From: an uncultured Pelagibacteraceae bacterium
Lineage (GTDB): Bacteria; Pseudomonadota; Alphaproteobacteria; Pelagibacterales; Pelagibacteraceae
NCBI GenBank assembly: GCA_902597265.1
Contig: CACJXB010000001.1
Coordinates: 1,069 to 65,068 of the forward strand
DNA: 64,000 nucleotides
Direction: 5' to 3'
Shown piece by piece: positions 42,826-54,325 of the stretch (position 1 is the first letter of the stretch; every line of letters begins with the position of its first letter). The notes under the pieces were generated by a model that did no database searches, was not told the DNA's origin, and worked only from the letters and a program-made list of their open reading frames with translations. The translations under genes were made by a program, and so were the position numbers.

Positions 42826-44549
42826 TGCTTATTCAAAAAGATCAGAAAAAAATTAGATCCATATTAGAAAATATATATAAACCAATATTACCAAAAAAAG
42901 ATATTAATTACTTTGAAGATGAAATAATCCAAATAATTAAAAACTTTAATAAAAAAAATCCCAAAAAAAAAATAATAATCTCAGAAAAAACCTCTTTAAT
43001 TATTTGTTACGGAGATGCTGTTTATTCAAATGAAAAAAGCTCAATTAAAGTGTTTCAAAGTTTTTTTCAAAAAAACTTAAAAAAATATTTTGACACTATT
43101 CATTTTTTACCTTTTTACCCTTCTAGTAGTGATAGTGGCTTTGCTGTTAAAGATCATTATAAAATTGAAAAAAGAATAGGTAATTGGTCTGATTTAAAAA
43201 CAATTTCAAAATATAATAATATTATGGCTGATATTGTAATTAATCATTCATCAGCCAGAGGTTTATGGTTCAAAAATTTCTTGAAAAGAAAAAAACCTGG
43301 TAGAGATTATTTCTTAACTGTTAATTCAAAATTTAATACTTCTAAAGTAGTTAGACCAAGAGACCATAAGCTGCTAAAAAAAATAAAAATTTTTGACAAA
43401 TCTGATTATCTTTGGCGAACTTTTAGCCCAGATCAAATTGATCTAAATTTTAAAAATCCATCTGTATTACTAAGATTCATTAAGATTATGATTCATCTTA
43501 TCAATAATGGTATAACTATTTTTAGACTTGATGCTATTGCGTATCTTTGGAAAGAAAATGGAACTAAATGTATAAATTTAAGACAAACTCATGAAATTAT
43601 TAAACTCTTAAGAATTATTAGTAATTATTTAAATGTAGAAACTGTAATTATCACTGAAACCAATTTGCCTGAAAAAGAAAATTTGAGCTACTTTGGAAAT
43701 AGTGATGAGGCCAATTGGATTTATAATTTTTCTTTACCACCATTATTAATTCACGCTCTTTTGTTTGAAAATAATTCATATCTCATTAAATGGAGCAAAA
43801 ATCTTCCAGTTACAAAATTAGGGAATAACTATTTAAATTTTATTGCATCCCATGATGGAATTGGTATTCGGCCTACTGAAGGAATACTAAATAATAAGTC
43901 ATTAAATAATTTTCTTAAAAGATTGAAAAAGAACGGATCAAAATTTTCATACAGGAAAGTTCATAATAAATCTAAAAAAGTATATGAAGCAAATATCACA
44001 GTTTTTGATGCATTAAAAAAATCTGATTATGATCCAAAAGGAAAATTTTTTTTAGAACGTTATGTTGCTGCTCATGCTATAATGATTTCTTTTGAGGGAA
44101 TTCCAGCTATATATTTCAACTCTTTATTTGGTAAATCAAATGATGAAGCTAAGTATATAATTACTGGAAATAATAGAGATGTTAATAGATATAAATGGAA
44201 TTATAAAAATATTACAAGAAAACTCAGTGATAATAAGACTAAGCAAAGTATTTTTTATAATAATATTGCAAATTTATTAAGTATTAGAAGAAAACAAAAA
44301 GCCTTTCATCCTAACGGAAAAAGATACAATATAAATCTTGGATCAAAACTATTCTGCTTCAAAAGATTAAGTGTAGATAAAAAACAATTAATTATTTGTA
44401 TTACTAATCTATCTTCAAAAAATCAGACCGCTAAACTAAACAAAAAACTTCAAAATTATAAAGATCTATTAAATTTAAAAACAAAATTAAAAGACAAAAA
44501 CTTTTTAACTTTAGAGCCTTTTCAAACAGTTTGGTTGAGTAATATTTGA
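42825..44549 (+). CDS. GH13_18 sucrose/glucosylglycerate phosphorylase-like enzyme
   Basis: HFLPFYPSSSDSGF, NHSS, TFSPDQIDLNF, RLDAIAY, TETN, ASHDGIG. Confidence 0.85.
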   Translation: MLIQKDQKKIRSILENIYKPILPKKDINYFEDEIIQIIKNFNKKNPKKKIIISEKTSLIICYGDAVYSNEKSSIKVFQSFFQKNLKKYFDTIHFLPFYPSSSDSGFAVKDHYKIEKRIGNWSDLKTISKYNNIMADIVINHSSARGLWFKNFLKRKKPGRDYFLTVNSKFNTSKVVRPRDHKLLKKIKIFDKSDYLWRTFSPDQIDLNFKNPSVLLRFIKIMIHLINNGITIFRLDAIAYLWKENGTKCINLRQTHEIIKLLRIISNYLNVETVIITETNLPEKENLSYFGNSDEANWIYNFSLPPLLIHALLFENNSYLIKWSKNLPVTKLGNNYLNFIASHDGIGIRPTEGILNNKSLNNFLKRLKKNGSKFSYRKVHNKSKKVYEANITVFDALKKSDYDPKGKFFLERYVAAHAIMISFEGIPAIYFNSLFGKSNDEAKYIITGNNRDVNRYKWNYKNITRKLSDNKTKQSIFYNNIANLLSIRRKQKAFHPNGKRYNINLGSKLFCFKRLSVDKKQLIICITNLSSKNQTAKLNKKLQNYKDLLNLKTKLKDKNFLTLEPFQTVWLSNI

Positions 44550-44556
44550 GAAATTT

Positions 44557-44958
44557 TTAATTAATAAGAGCTTTTTCTAAATATTTTTTATCAAGTTTAC
44601 AATCTTTATATCCACGCTTAACAACATTTAAATACCTTTCGGTAGGGAATTTAAAAGGTGTTTTATTTACCATGGTATAAGTCATTACTTTTTTACCATA
44701 ATAAAAAAAATAAAATTTTTTATATAAAATAGGATAATCTTCATAAACATCTAATTTTCTTTCATCGCTTTTTGATATTTCAAATAGTCCTCCTGGAACA
44801 ATAGAATTTTTTTTTGGCTCTATATCAGCTGCTCTATATTTGCTTCTAAAAGTTAATCTAAAATCCTTTAAGTTTATTTTCTTGATAAAAACACTATCTT
44901 TACATCTACGCTTCATTTGAAAATGATGAAGATTACTTCCATAAGCAAAATATAACAT
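44557..44958 (-). CDS. Gamma-glutamylcyclotransferase family protein
   Basis: YFAYGSNL, LDVYE..P..Y. Confidence 0.85.
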   Translation of the reverse strand: MLYFAYGSNLHHFQMKRRCKDSVFIKKINLKDFRLTFRSKYRAADIEPKKNSIVPGGLFEISKSDERKLDVYEDYPILYKKFYFFYYGKKVMTYTMVNKTPFKFPTERYLNVVKRGYKDCKLDKKYLEKALIN

Positions 44959-44962
44959 AATA

Positions 44963-45661
44963 TTAAAAAGTCTTTTTCATTATAAAGAAACAGACTGGAG
45001 CATCATTTTTATTTTTTTTAATACTTTTAATAATTTTCAAGGATATCTTATGACCGAACCATTCTGTTAACAAGTAAGGAAAAAAATTAGCCTCAACTCC
45101 AAATGGATCCATCTTACCAGAGGAAATAACTCCATGTTGATCTGAATGTTCGATGATTACATATCTATCTTTTTTAACTTGATTTATCCAAGTATTTAAG
45201 GCTTTCTCAGGGTCATAGCTTTGATCAAGAGAATTGGAATAAACAAAATCAAACTTTTCAATCCATTCTTTTTTTTCATCATGAAAATCATGAACAATTG
45301 AGTTATCATAATCATTAGCTGTTTCAGATATATCGGTGCCTATCACTTCAGCATTTGGTATTTCATTAATAAAACATTTTTGTTCAAACCCGTTTCTTGA
45401 TCCATGACATAAACCTTTTATTTTTTCAGATTTTATATTTTCTTTTAAAAAATTACTTACAATTTTTAATGTATTTTCATCTGCCCAAACTTTATTAATT
45501 TTTTGTTTGTTAAAAAAAATCTGGGTGTCTTTATACTCATCATAATTCTTATATTTATAAATTTTGAATAATCTATCAGTTGTATTTATTTTTGAAATTC
45601 TATATCCAAATTTTATAAGAGTTTTATTTATTAGATCTTTAATCCTAAAAACAAGTTTCAC
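44963..45661 (-). CDS. Putative class I SAM-dependent methyltransferase
   Basis: LCHGSRNG.E, GTDIS, DF, FDFVYSNSLD. Confidence 0.6.
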   Translation of the reverse strand: MKLVFRIKDLINKTLIKFGYRISKINTTDRLFKIYKYKNYDEYKDTQIFFNKQKINKVWADENTLKIVSNFLKENIKSEKIKGLCHGSRNGFEQKCFINEIPNAEVIGTDISETANDYDNSIVHDFHDEKKEWIEKFDFVYSNSLDQSYDPEKALNTWINQVKKDRYVIIEHSDQHGVISSGKMDPFGVEANFFPYLLTEWFGHKISLKIIKSIKKNKNDAPVCFFIMKKTF

Positions 45662-45664
45662 AAA

Positions 45665-46414
45665 TCACCTGTCTACTACTTCAATCTTTTTTTTATTTAC
45701 AAAATCTAAAATTTGAGAATTACAGCTATCAATTTTTGACTTATTTTCAGATCTTAAAACTATTGAAACACCTAATTTTCCTGCATGAAAAAAAGGGTAG
45801 CTTCCTATTTCAACGTCTTTATTTTCCTTTTGAACTTTAGTTAATGAATTAGCAATTTCACTTTCAACAGTTCTCAGACTAATTGTATGACTTAAAATTG
45901 GTTCACCTCCAACAATTTTATTCTTTAACCCCCCTAACATTGATTTTAAAATTGAAGGTACACCAGGCAAACAAAAAACATTATCAACACTAAAACCTGG
46001 AGCACCACTTGTTGGATTTAATATTAATTCAGCATCACTTGGCATCCATACCATTTTTTGCCTACCTTCATTGAATTCACCAGGCTTATAATAAGACTCT
46101 AGAATTTTAAATGCTTCTTTATGTATCTCATATTTTTTACCAAAGGCTTTCGCTACAGATTGAGCTGTAATATCATCATGAGTAGGACCTATCCCGCCTG
46201 TGGTAAAAACATAATCATAAGTTTTTCTTAAAAAATTAAGATTATCAACAATAATGTCTTCCTCATCAGGCACTACTCTCACTTCGGTAACTTTCACACC
46301 AATAGAATTTAACCATGTAGCTAATGTGCTAGTATTTGTATCTTGAGTTCTGCCAGAAAGAATCTCATTACCGATGATTAATATTGCAGCATTTACTTTT
46401 ATGTTTTTACTCAT
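45665..46414 (-). CDS. CinA-like molybdopterin-binding-domain protein
   Basis: IGNEILSG...DTN, TGGIGPTHDDIT, LPGVP. Confidence 0.88.
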   Translation of the reverse strand: MSKNIKVNAAILIIGNEILSGRTQDTNTSTLATWLNSIGVKVTEVRVVPDEEDIIVDNLNFLRKTYDYVFTTGGIGPTHDDITAQSVAKAFGKKYEIHKEAFKILESYYKPGEFNEGRQKMVWMPSDAELILNPTSGAPGFSVDNVFCLPGVPSILKSMLGGLKNKIVGGEPILSHTISLRTVESEIANSLTKVQKENKDVEIGSYPFFHAGKLGVSIVLRSENKSKIDSCNSQILDFVNKKKIEVVDR

Positions 46415-46434
46415 TTTGTATGTATAATTTCTTT

Positions 46435-47133
46435 ATGGAATTTACCAAGTCTTTATTAAAAGGCAAATTAATCAAAAGGTATAAACGTTTTTTTGTTGAT
46501 ATTAAATTAAATAAATCAACTGTAACAGCTCATTGTCCAAACACAGGTTCCATGAAGGGTCTTCTTGAAAAAGGAAATGATGTTTATGTTCTTAAACACG
46601 ATGATCCTAAGAGAAAATTAAAATATAGTCTGGAAATAATTAAAGCTCAAAATAATCTAGTTGGCGTAAACACACATTTAGCAAATAAAATAGTAAATCA
46701 TGGATTAAAGAATAATTTAATTAAAGAACTTAAAAACAACGATTCGATAAAACCTGAGGTTTTTTTTAATAAAGAAACAAGATTTGACTTTCTTATCGAA
46801 AAAAGTGAGCAAAAAAGTTTTGTTGAAGTAAAAAATGTTACTCTTTTTAGAGATAAAAAAACGGCTGAATTTCCAGACGCCATTACTTCAAGGGGATCAA
46901 AACATTTGCTTACCCTTATTGATGCCATAAAAAAAGGGTATAAAAGTTATCTGATATTTTTAGTACAAATTGAAAATATGGATTTTTTTAAGATAGCAAG
47001 AGATATAGATAATGAATATTATAAAAATTATATTCATGCAAAAAAAGCGGGAGTTAATTTTTTAGCCTATGGTTGCAAAATTAATACTAAAGAAATTACA
47101 ATTAATAAAAAACTTAAAATTATAAATGAATAG
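46435..47133 (+). CDS. sfsA: SfsA family DNA/RNA nuclease (start taken at ATG 46435)
   Basis: RYKRFF, AHCPNTGSM, VEVKNVT, FPDAITSRG.KHL. Confidence 0.93.
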   Translation: MEFTKSLLKGKLIKRYKRFFVDIKLNKSTVTAHCPNTGSMKGLLEKGNDVYVLKHDDPKRKLKYSLEIIKAQNNLVGVNTHLANKIVNHGLKNNLIKELKNNDSIKPEVFFNKETRFDFLIEKSEQKSFVEVKNVTLFRDKKTAEFPDAITSRGSKHLLTLIDAIKKGYKSYLIFLVQIENMDFFKIARDIDNEYYKNYIHAKKAGVNFLAYGCKINTKEITINKKLKIINE

Positions 47134-47899
47134 TTATTCTGAAAAATTTGAAAAAATGAGAGTTGCAGGAAAACTAGCTGCCCAAACTTTAGATATGCTT
47201 ACCGAGAATATTAAAGAAGGTATATCAACTGATTACATAGATAAATTAGGATACGAATTTATTAGGGATAATGGGGGATATTCAGCCCCTTTATATTATC
47301 GAGGTTTTAAAAAATCATTATGTACATCATTAAATCACGTTATTTGTCATGGTGTTCCCACAAAAGATAGAATTTTAGAAGAAGGGGATGCAGTAAATGT
47401 TGATGTTACAGCAATTATTGATGGTCATTATGGGGATACAAGTAGAATGTTTTGCATTGGAAATATTTCAATTAAACTTAACAACTTGATTAACACTACA
47501 TATGAATCAATGATGAGGGCAATAAAAATTCTTAAACCAGGTATCAGGCTTGGAGATATTGGACATGAAATTCAATCTCATGTTGAGGAAAAAGGTTTTT
47601 CAGTTGTAAGAGATTTTTGTGGTCATGGTATTAGCACTACTTTTCATGAGTCACCAAACATTCTTCACTATGGAACAAAGAATACAGGTATGGAATTAAA
47701 ACCTGGAATGACTTTTACTATTGAACCTATGATTAATGCTGGAAAGTTTGATGTAAAAATGCTTAATGATGGTTGGACTGCAGTAACAAAAGATAAATCT
47801 TTATCTGCACAATTTGAGCATACTTTAGGTATAACAGAAAATGGATATGAAATTTTTACAGAATCTGTTAAGGGTTATTCAAAGCCTCCATACTTATAA
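47126..47899 (+). CDS. map: Methionine aminopeptidase type I
   Basis: CHG, DVT, GDTS, GHGI, TIEPM, AQFEHT. Confidence 0.97.
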   Translation: MNSYSEKFEKMRVAGKLAAQTLDMLTENIKEGISTDYIDKLGYEFIRDNGGYSAPLYYRGFKKSLCTSLNHVICHGVPTKDRILEEGDAVNVDVTAIIDGHYGDTSRMFCIGNISIKLNNLINTTYESMMRAIKILKPGIRLGDIGHEIQSHVEEKGFSVVRDFCGHGISTTFHESPNILHYGTKNTGMELKPGMTFTIEPMINAGKFDVKMLNDGWTAVTKDKSLSAQFEHTLGITENGYEIFTESVKGYSKPPYL

Positions 47900-47907
47900 T
47901 TTAATAA

Positions 47908-49200
47908 ATGATTAAAAGATATTCTCGAAAAGAACTTACTGATATTTGGTCAGAGGAAAATAAATATAAAATATGGCTTGATGTTGAAATTGCAGCAGCT
48001 CAAGCTATGGAGAAAATAGGTCAAATACCCAAAGGAGTTTCATCGGTAGTTAAAAAAAAAGCTAGAATTAATGTTAAAAGAATCCATCAAATTGAAGCAC
48101 AAGTGAAGCATGATGTGATCGCATTTCTAACCTCTATAACAGAAAAAGCTGGTATTAAAGCTAGATATCTTCACCAAGGCATGACTTCATCTGATGTTTT
48201 AGACACAAGTTTTAATATCCAACTAGTACAATCAGGCGAAATAATTCTTAAAGATTTAGATCAGTTATTAAAAGTTTTAAAGAAACAAGCTAGAAAATAT
48301 AAGTTCACTCCATGCATGGGTAGAAGTCATGGAATACATGCTGAACCAATCACTTTTGGATTAAAATTAGCATCGTATTATGAAGAGTTTAAAAGAAACA
48401 GAAAAAGATTAATCTATGCAATTGATGAAGTTTCTACTTGCGCAATCTCAGGTGCAGTAGGAACTTTTGCAAATGTATCACCTAATGTCGAAAAACATGT
48501 TGCAAAAAAACTTGGTTTGAAAGTTGAACCAGTCTCCACTCAAGTAATCCCAAGAGACAGGCATGCATTTTATTTTTCAGTATTAGGAATAATTGCAGGC
48601 TCAATAGAAAGAGTTGCTACTGAAATAAGACACTTGCAAAGAACTGAGGTTTATGAGTTACAAGAATATTTTTCAAAAAATCAAAAAGGTTCTTCAGCAA
48701 TGCCTCACAAAAAAAATCCTATCCTAAGTGAAAATCTTACTGGTCTTGCAAGAATGGTAAGAAGCTCAGTCATACCTGCACTAGAAAATATAGCTTTATG
48801 GCATGAAAGAGACATTTCGCATTCAAGTGTAGAGAGAAATATAGGACCAGATGCAAATATTACTATTGATTTTGCTTTAGTCAGATTAACTAATATTTTG
48901 GATAATATGATTGTTTATCCAAAAAAAATGTTACAAAATTTAAATTTAACGAAAGGACTTATTTTCTCACAAGAACTTATGCTTGAACTTACAAAATCAG
49001 GATTGAGTAGAGAAAAATCTTATAAGATGGTTCAAAATTACGCAAAAAAATGTTTTGCTGAAAACTTAGATTTATTTGATCTAATTCAGTCTGATAAATA
49101 CATAATTAAAAGTATATCTCAGAAAAAATTAAAAAATATTTTTAGTTATTCTAAGCATTTTAAAAATGTTAATTTAATCTTTAGAAGAGTTTTTAAATAA
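47908..49200 (+). CDS. purB: Adenylosuccinate lyase
   Basis: [26 protein letters not shown]. Confidence 0.97.
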   Translation: MIKRYSRKELTDIWSEENKYKIWLDVEIAAAQAMEKIGQIPKGVSSVVKKKARINVKRIHQIEAQVKHDVIAFLTSITEKAGIKARYLHQGMTSSDVLDTSFNIQLVQSGEIILKDLDQLLKVLKKQARKYKFTPCMGRSHGIHAEPITFGLKLASYYEEFKRNRKRLIYAIDEVSTCAISGAVGTFANVSPNVEKHVAKKLGLKVEPVSTQVIPRDRHAFYFSVLGIIAGSIERVATEIRHLQRTEVYELQEYFSKNQKGSSAMPHKKNPILSENLTGLARMVRSSVIPALENIALWHERDISHSSVERNIGPDANITIDFALVRLTNILDNMIVYPKKMLQNLNLTKGLIFSQELMLELTKSGLSREKSYKMVQNYAKKCFAENLDLFDLIQSDKYIIKSISQKKLKNIFSYSKHFKNVNLIFRRVFK

Positions 49201-49985
49201 TGAAAAAAGGAAAAAAACTTTACGAAGGAAAGGCTAAAATTATATATGCAACTTCAGATAAAAATTTAGTCATTCAGTATTTTAAAGACGATGCTACAGC
49301 TTTTAATAATCAAAAAAAATCTACTATAGAGGGTAAAGGGGTTTTAAATAATAGAATTTCTGAGCATATTCTTTCAAATCTTTCTCAAATAGGAATTAAA
49401 AATCACTTAGTTAAAAGACTTAATATGAGAGAACAAGTCATAAAGTTAGTCGAAATTATTCCTATTGAATTTGTGATAAGAAACATTGCAACTGGATCAA
49501 TTACTAAGAGATTAGGAATAGAGGATGGTACTGTTTTAAAAGAACCTTTGATTGAATATTGTTTAAAAGATGATGCCCTTGGTGATCCATTAATAGCTGA
49601 AGATCATATTTATGCTTTTGATTGGGCCTCAAAAAAAGAGATTGAAAAAATAAAAAAAATGATTTTGAGAATTAATGATTTTATGATCGGTATGTTTAGA
49701 GGTGTTGGAATTAAACTAATAGATTTCAAATTAGAATTTGGAAGAATTAAGTTAAATGGAAAAAATGAGATAATTCTTGCAGATGAAATTAGTCCTGACA
49801 CTTGTCGATTATGGGACTCAATAACTGAAAAAAAATTAGATAAAGACAGATTTAGAAAAGATTTAGGTGATTTAATTCCTGCATATACCGAAGTAGCAAA
49901 AAGATTAGGTATTTTACATGAACAATCAAACGTAACAGCGGTAAACATAACTAAATTGTCTTCTGTAAAAAAAAGAAGTAAATGA
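49200..49985 (+). CDS. purC: SAICAR synthase
   Basis: [28 protein letters not shown]. Confidence 0.97.
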   Translation: MKKGKKLYEGKAKIIYATSDKNLVIQYFKDDATAFNNQKKSTIEGKGVLNNRISEHILSNLSQIGIKNHLVKRLNMREQVIKLVEIIPIEFVIRNIATGSITKRLGIEDGTVLKEPLIEYCLKDDALGDPLIAEDHIYAFDWASKKEIEKIKKMILRINDFMIGMFRGVGIKLIDFKLEFGRIKLNGKNEIILADEISPDTCRLWDSITEKKLDKDRFRKDLGDLIPAYTEVAKRLGILHEQSNVTAVNITKLSSVKKRSK

Positions 49986-50224
49986 AAGTTTCTGCAGTTA
50001 TCACATTAAAGAAAGATGTTCTTGATCCACAAGGTAAAGTTATTCAGCAAGCTTTAGATGGAATGGGTTTCAAAGACATAAATGAAATTCGACAAGGAAA
50101 ATATTTTGAAATTGATGTAAAAGAAAATGATCCAAAAAAGGCACACAAAATTGTTGAGGATATGTGCAAAAAACTTTTAGCTAATCTTGTCATAGAGGAT
50201 TATAAAATTATTGGAACAAATTAA
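49982..50224 (+). CDS. purS: FGAM synthase subunit PurS
   Basis: [16 protein letters not shown]. Confidence 0.95.
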   Translation: MKVSAVITLKKDVLDPQGKVIQQALDGMGFKDINEIRQGKYFEIDVKENDPKKAHKIVEDMCKKLLANLVIEDYKIIGTN

Positions 50225-50227
50225 TCT

Positions 50228-50911
50228 ATGAAATCATCAGTTATAACTTTTCCTGGGTCAAACTGTGATAGAGACATGGATGTAGCACTCAAAAAATTTG
50301 GTTTTAACAATAAAATGGTTTGGCATAACGACAACGAATTGCCTAAAAGTGATTTGGTAGTTTTACCAGGAGGTTTTTCTTATGGTGACTACTTAAGATG
50401 TGGGAGTATGGCTTCAAAATCTAAGATAATGCAATCAGTTATTAATTTTGCAAAATCAGGTGGCTTAGTTATGGGTATTTGTAATGGTTTTCAAATATTA
50501 GTTGAAAGTGGCTTAGTCCCTGGAGTTTTATTAAGAAATAAATATTTAGAATTTATTTGTAAAAATGTTTTTGTTAAAATTAAAAATAAAAATAATCCGT
50601 ATTTTAAAAATTTAGATAAAGACATTTTTGAATTTCATATTGCTCATAATGAAGGAAATTATTTTTGTACAGATGATCAACTTAAGGAAATTGAGGATAA
50701 TGATCAGGTAGCTATTTATTATTGTAATGATAATGGCAAAACAGAGGAAACATTTAATCCTAATGGTTCATTAAAAAATATTGCAGGTATTTTTAATAGA
50801 GAAAAAAATGTCTTAGGAATGATGCCTCACCCAGAAAGAATGATAGATGAGAGTTTATCAGGAGAAGATGGATCTTTGTTTTTTAAAAATCTTATAAATA
50901 ATATTAAATAA
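50228..50911 (+). CDS. purQ: FGAM synthase subunit PurQ
   Basis: [32 protein letters not shown]. Confidence 0.97.
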   Translation: MKSSVITFPGSNCDRDMDVALKKFGFNNKMVWHNDNELPKSDLVVLPGGFSYGDYLRCGSMASKSKIMQSVINFAKSGGLVMGICNGFQILVESGLVPGVLLRNKYLEFICKNVFVKIKNKNNPYFKNLDKDIFEFHIAHNEGNYFCTDDQLKEIEDNDQVAIYYCNDNGKTEETFNPNGSLKNIAGIFNREKNVLGMMPHPERMIDESLSGEDGSLFFKNLINNIK

Positions 50912-53103
50912 TGGAAGTTAACGAACAAATTGCAATAGACCACGGTCTAAAAAAAGATGAATACAAAAAAATCTGTGATTTACTTAAAAGAATACCTAAT
51001 TTAACTGAGCTAGGAATTTTTTCTGCAATGTGGAATGAACATTGCTCCTATAAATCTTCAAGACTTCATTTAAAAAAATTACCAACCACTGGAAAAAAAG
51101 TAATTCAAGGTCCTGGTGAAAATGCTGGTGTAATAGATATTGAGGACGGTGATGCAATTGTATTTAAGATCGAAAGTCACAATCACCCATCTTTTATTGA
51201 GCCTTATCAAGGTGCAGCTACTGGTGTAGGTGGAATTATGAGAGATGTATTTACAATGGGTGCTAGACCTATTGCTAACTTAAATTCAATTCATTTTGGA
51301 TCTCCCCAACATAAAAAAACAAAAAATTTGTTAAGAGGTGTTGTTCATGGAATTGGTGGATATGGAAACTGTATGGGAGTACCAACAATAGCTGGTCAAA
51401 CATCATTTGACAGTTCTTATAACGGAAATATTTTAGTAAATGCAATGACTTTAGGTCTTGTTAAAAAAAATAAGATTTTTTACTCAAAAGCAGCAGGTTT
51501 GAATAAACCAGTCATATATGTAGGATCTAAAACTGGTAGAGACGGAATTCATGGAGCAAGTATGGCTTCTGCTAGTTTTGATGAAAAGATTGAAGAAAAA
51601 AAACCTACAGTCCAAGTAGGAGATCCATTTACAGAAAAACTACTTTTAGAGGCATGTTTAGAATTAATGGCTGGGGACTCAATTATTGCAATTCAAGATA
51701 TGGGTGCAGCTGGTCTTACATCCTCAAGCATAGAAATGGCATCTAAAGGAAATTTAGGGATTGAGCTAAATTTGAATAAAGTTCCTTGTAGAGAAACAAA
51801 AATGACCCCTTATGAAATAATGTTATCTGAGAGCCAAGAAAGAATGTTGATTGTTTTAGAGAACGGTAAAGAAGAACTTGCAAAAAAAATATTTGATAAA
51901 TGGAATTTAGATTTTGCTGTTATTGGTAAAACTACCAACACAAAAAATATTGAATTATTTTTTGATAATAAACAGGTAGCAAAAATACCTGTAAATACAT
52001 TAGTTGAAAATTCACCAATGTATGATCGTAAGTGGAAAAAATCAAAATTACCTAAAAAAATTAAATTTGAAAAAGAAGTTTTTAGTAATCTTAAAATAAA
52101 AGATGTTTTACAAAAAATTTTATCAAATCAAAATATTTGTAGTAAAGAATGGATTTGGCGACAATATGATCATACAGTAATGGGAGATACTATTCAAAAA
52201 CCTGGAGGAGATTCTGGTGTTGTAAGAGTTCATGGAACAGAAAAAGCTGTTGCAGCTACTGTAGACTCGTCAGCAGTATATTGTTGGGCACATCCTTTAA
52301 CTGGTGGAAAACAAGTTGTTGCTGAAAGTTGGAGAAATTTAATTTCTGTAGGGGCAACACCTATTGCAATAACCAATTGTCTAAATTTTGGGAGTCCAGA
52401 GAAAGAGGATAATATGGGCGAATTTGTTGAATGTGTAAAAGGAATCGGAGAAGCAAGTAAATATTTAGAATTTCCAGTCGTTTCAGGAAATGTCTCTTTT
52501 TATAATCAAACTAAAGAAGTAGGAATAAAACCTACCCCATCAATTGGCGGTGTTGGCTTAATAAAGAATTACAAAAAAATGATAACGATTGATTTTAAAG
52601 AAATAAATAATTTAGTATTGATAATTGGTAAGACAGAGGGACATATCGACCAAAGTTTATTTGCAAGAACTATTTTAGATGAAAAAAATGGCCCTCCACC
52701 TGAAATTAATCTTTTTAATGAAAAAAATAATGGTCAATCTTTACTAAGTTTAATTGAAAAAGATTATATTAAAAGTGCACATGATATATCTTTAGGTGGT
52801 CTTATAACGGCAGTTAGCAAAATGTGCATCAAGGGAAATAAAGGTATTAAAATAAAAAGATCTAAATCCTTAATCAGTGAAATAGAATATTTATTTTCTG
52901 AGGATCAAGGTAGATATATTATTGAAATAGATCCTAAAAACTTAAAAGAGGTAACTAAAATTTTAGATAAAAATTCAGTTCATCATGAAGAACTAGGTAT
53001 AATCATTGAAAAAGAGATGATTATCAACGAAAAGACAAAAGTTACGATTGACGAATTAAAATCATATAATACAAATTGGTTAACAAACTTTATGAGCTCA
53101 TAA
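50911..53103 (+). CDS. purL: FGAM synthase subunit PurL
   Basis: [30 protein letters not shown]. Confidence 0.97.
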   Translation: MEVNEQIAIDHGLKKDEYKKICDLLKRIPNLTELGIFSAMWNEHCSYKSSRLHLKKLPTTGKKVIQGPGENAGVIDIEDGDAIVFKIESHNHPSFIEPYQGAATGVGGIMRDVFTMGARPIANLNSIHFGSPQHKKTKNLLRGVVHGIGGYGNCMGVPTIAGQTSFDSSYNGNILVNAMTLGLVKKNKIFYSKAAGLNKPVIYVGSKTGRDGIHGASMASASFDEKIEEKKPTVQVGDPFTEKLLLEACLELMAGDSIIAIQDMGAAGLTSSSIEMASKGNLGIELNLNKVPCRETKMTPYEIMLSESQERMLIVLENGKEELAKKIFDKWNLDFAVIGKTTNTKNIELFFDNKQVAKIPVNTLVENSPMYDRKWKKSKLPKKIKFEKEVFSNLKIKDVLQKILSNQNICSKEWIWRQYDHTVMGDTIQKPGGDSGVVRVHGTEKAVAATVDSSAVYCWAHPLTGGKQVVAESWRNLISVGATPIAITNCLNFGSPEKEDNMGEFVECVKGIGEASKYLEFPVVSGNVSFYNQTKEVGIKPTPSIGGVGLIKNYKKMITIDFKEINNLVLIIGKTEGHIDQSLFARTILDEKNGPPPEINLFNEKNNGQSLLSLIEKDYIKSAHDISLGGLITAVSKMCIKGNKGIKIKRSKSLISEIEYLFSEDQGRYIIEIDPKNLKEVTKILDKNSVHHEELGIIIEKEMIINEKTKVTIDELKSYNTNWLTNFMSS

Positions 53104-53333
53104 TGGCAATGGATTTAAAAGAAATTGAGAAATATATAAAAGAAGCTTTGCCTGATGCTTCAATTGATATTCAAGATTTAGCGGGAGATGGAAATCATTA
53201 TTCTGCAACAATAACTTCAACTCAATTCAGTGGAAAAAGTAAAATTGAACAACATAAAATGGTCTATAATTCTCTTAAAGGAAAAATGGGAAATGAGCTT
53301 CATGCTTTAGCAATAAAAACAAAGGAACAATAA
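53103..53333 (+). CDS. bolA: BolA/IbaG family protein
   Basis: GDGNHY, QHKMVY, ELHAL; next to grxD. Confidence 0.9.
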   Translation: MAMDLKEIEKYIKEALPDASIDIQDLAGDGNHYSATITSTQFSGKSKIEQHKMVYNSLKGKMGNELHALAIKTKEQ

Positions 53334-53666
53334 ATGGATGATCAAACAAAAAATTTAATTCAAGAACATATTAACACTAATGAAGTATGTTTATTTATGA
53401 AAGGTACTCCAGATGCACCACAATGTGGATTTTCAATGGCTGTTTCAAATATACTCAAAATTTTAGAAGTAAATTATAAAGGTGTAAATGTTTTAGAAAA
53501 TCAAGAATTAAGAGAAGGTGTTAAAGTTTTTAGTGATTGGCCAACAATACCGCAACTTTATATCAAAAAAGAATTTGTTGGAGGTTGTGATATAATTAAA
53601 GAAATGTATGAGAGTGGTGAACTAAAAAAGATGCTTGAAGACAAAGGTATCGCTTACAAAAAATAA
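53334..53666 (+). CDS. grxD: Monothiol glutaredoxin Grx4
   Basis: KGTPDAPQCGFS, WPTIPQL, GGCD. Confidence 0.96.
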   Translation: MDDQTKNLIQEHINTNEVCLFMKGTPDAPQCGFSMAVSNILKILEVNYKGVNVLENQELREGVKVFSDWPTIPQLYIKKEFVGGCDIIKEMYESGELKKMLEDKGIAYKK

Positions 53667-53667
53667 A

Positions 53668-54285
53668 TTATCTAGAGTAATATTCAATTACAAGATTCGG
53701 TTCCATTACTATTGGGTAAGGAACTTCTTCAAATTTTGGAATTCGTACAAATTTAAATTTTCTGTTTTTCTCATCAAGTTGAATATACTCTGGTGTCTCT
53801 CGCTCTTTATTTGCAAGAGCAATATCAATTATTGCCAACTGTTTAGATTTATCTCTTATTTCAATTGTGTCCTCTTCTCTAACCGAATAACTTGAGATAT
53901 TAACTTTTTTTCCATTTACCTTCACATGACCATGATTAATCAATTGTCTAGCAGAAAATATTGTTGTAGCAAACTTTGCTCGATAAATTACTGCATCTAA
54001 TCTTCTTTCAAGTAATCCAATCAAATTTTCACTAGTATCACCTTTTAGCATGCTTGCTTTTTTATAAATGTTTCTGAATTGTCTTTCATTAATATTACCA
54101 TAGTAGGCTTTTAATTTCTGTTTAGCTTGTAGTTGAATACCATAATCTGAAGGCTTAGAGGTCTTTGCTTGACCATGCTGACCTGGTCCATAGGCTCTTT
54201 TATTAAAAGGGCTCTTAGGTCTGCCCCATAAGTTTGCTTTTAATCTTCTATCTACTTTATGTTTAGAGTTTAATCTTTTAGTCAT
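53668..54285 (-). CDS. rpsD: 30S ribosomal protein S4
   Basis: [31 protein letters not shown]. Confidence 0.97.
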   Translation of the reverse strand: MTKRLNSKHKVDRRLKANLWGRPKSPFNKRAYGPGQHGQAKTSKPSDYGIQLQAKQKLKAYYGNINERQFRNIYKKASMLKGDTSENLIGLLERRLDAVIYRAKFATTIFSARQLINHGHVKVNGKKVNISSYSVREEDTIEIRDKSKQLAIIDIALANKERETPEYIQLDEKNRKFKFVRIPKFEEVPYPIVMEPNLVIEYYSR

Positions 54286-54297
54286 TTGGTATTCGGC

Positions 54298-54325
54298 TTT
54301 ATAAACTTACTCATCATTTTGTCAA
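54298..54325 (-). promoter_or_regulatory. Putative sigma70 promoter of rpsD
   Basis: TTGACA-16nt-TATAAA on minus strand. Confidence 0.6.
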
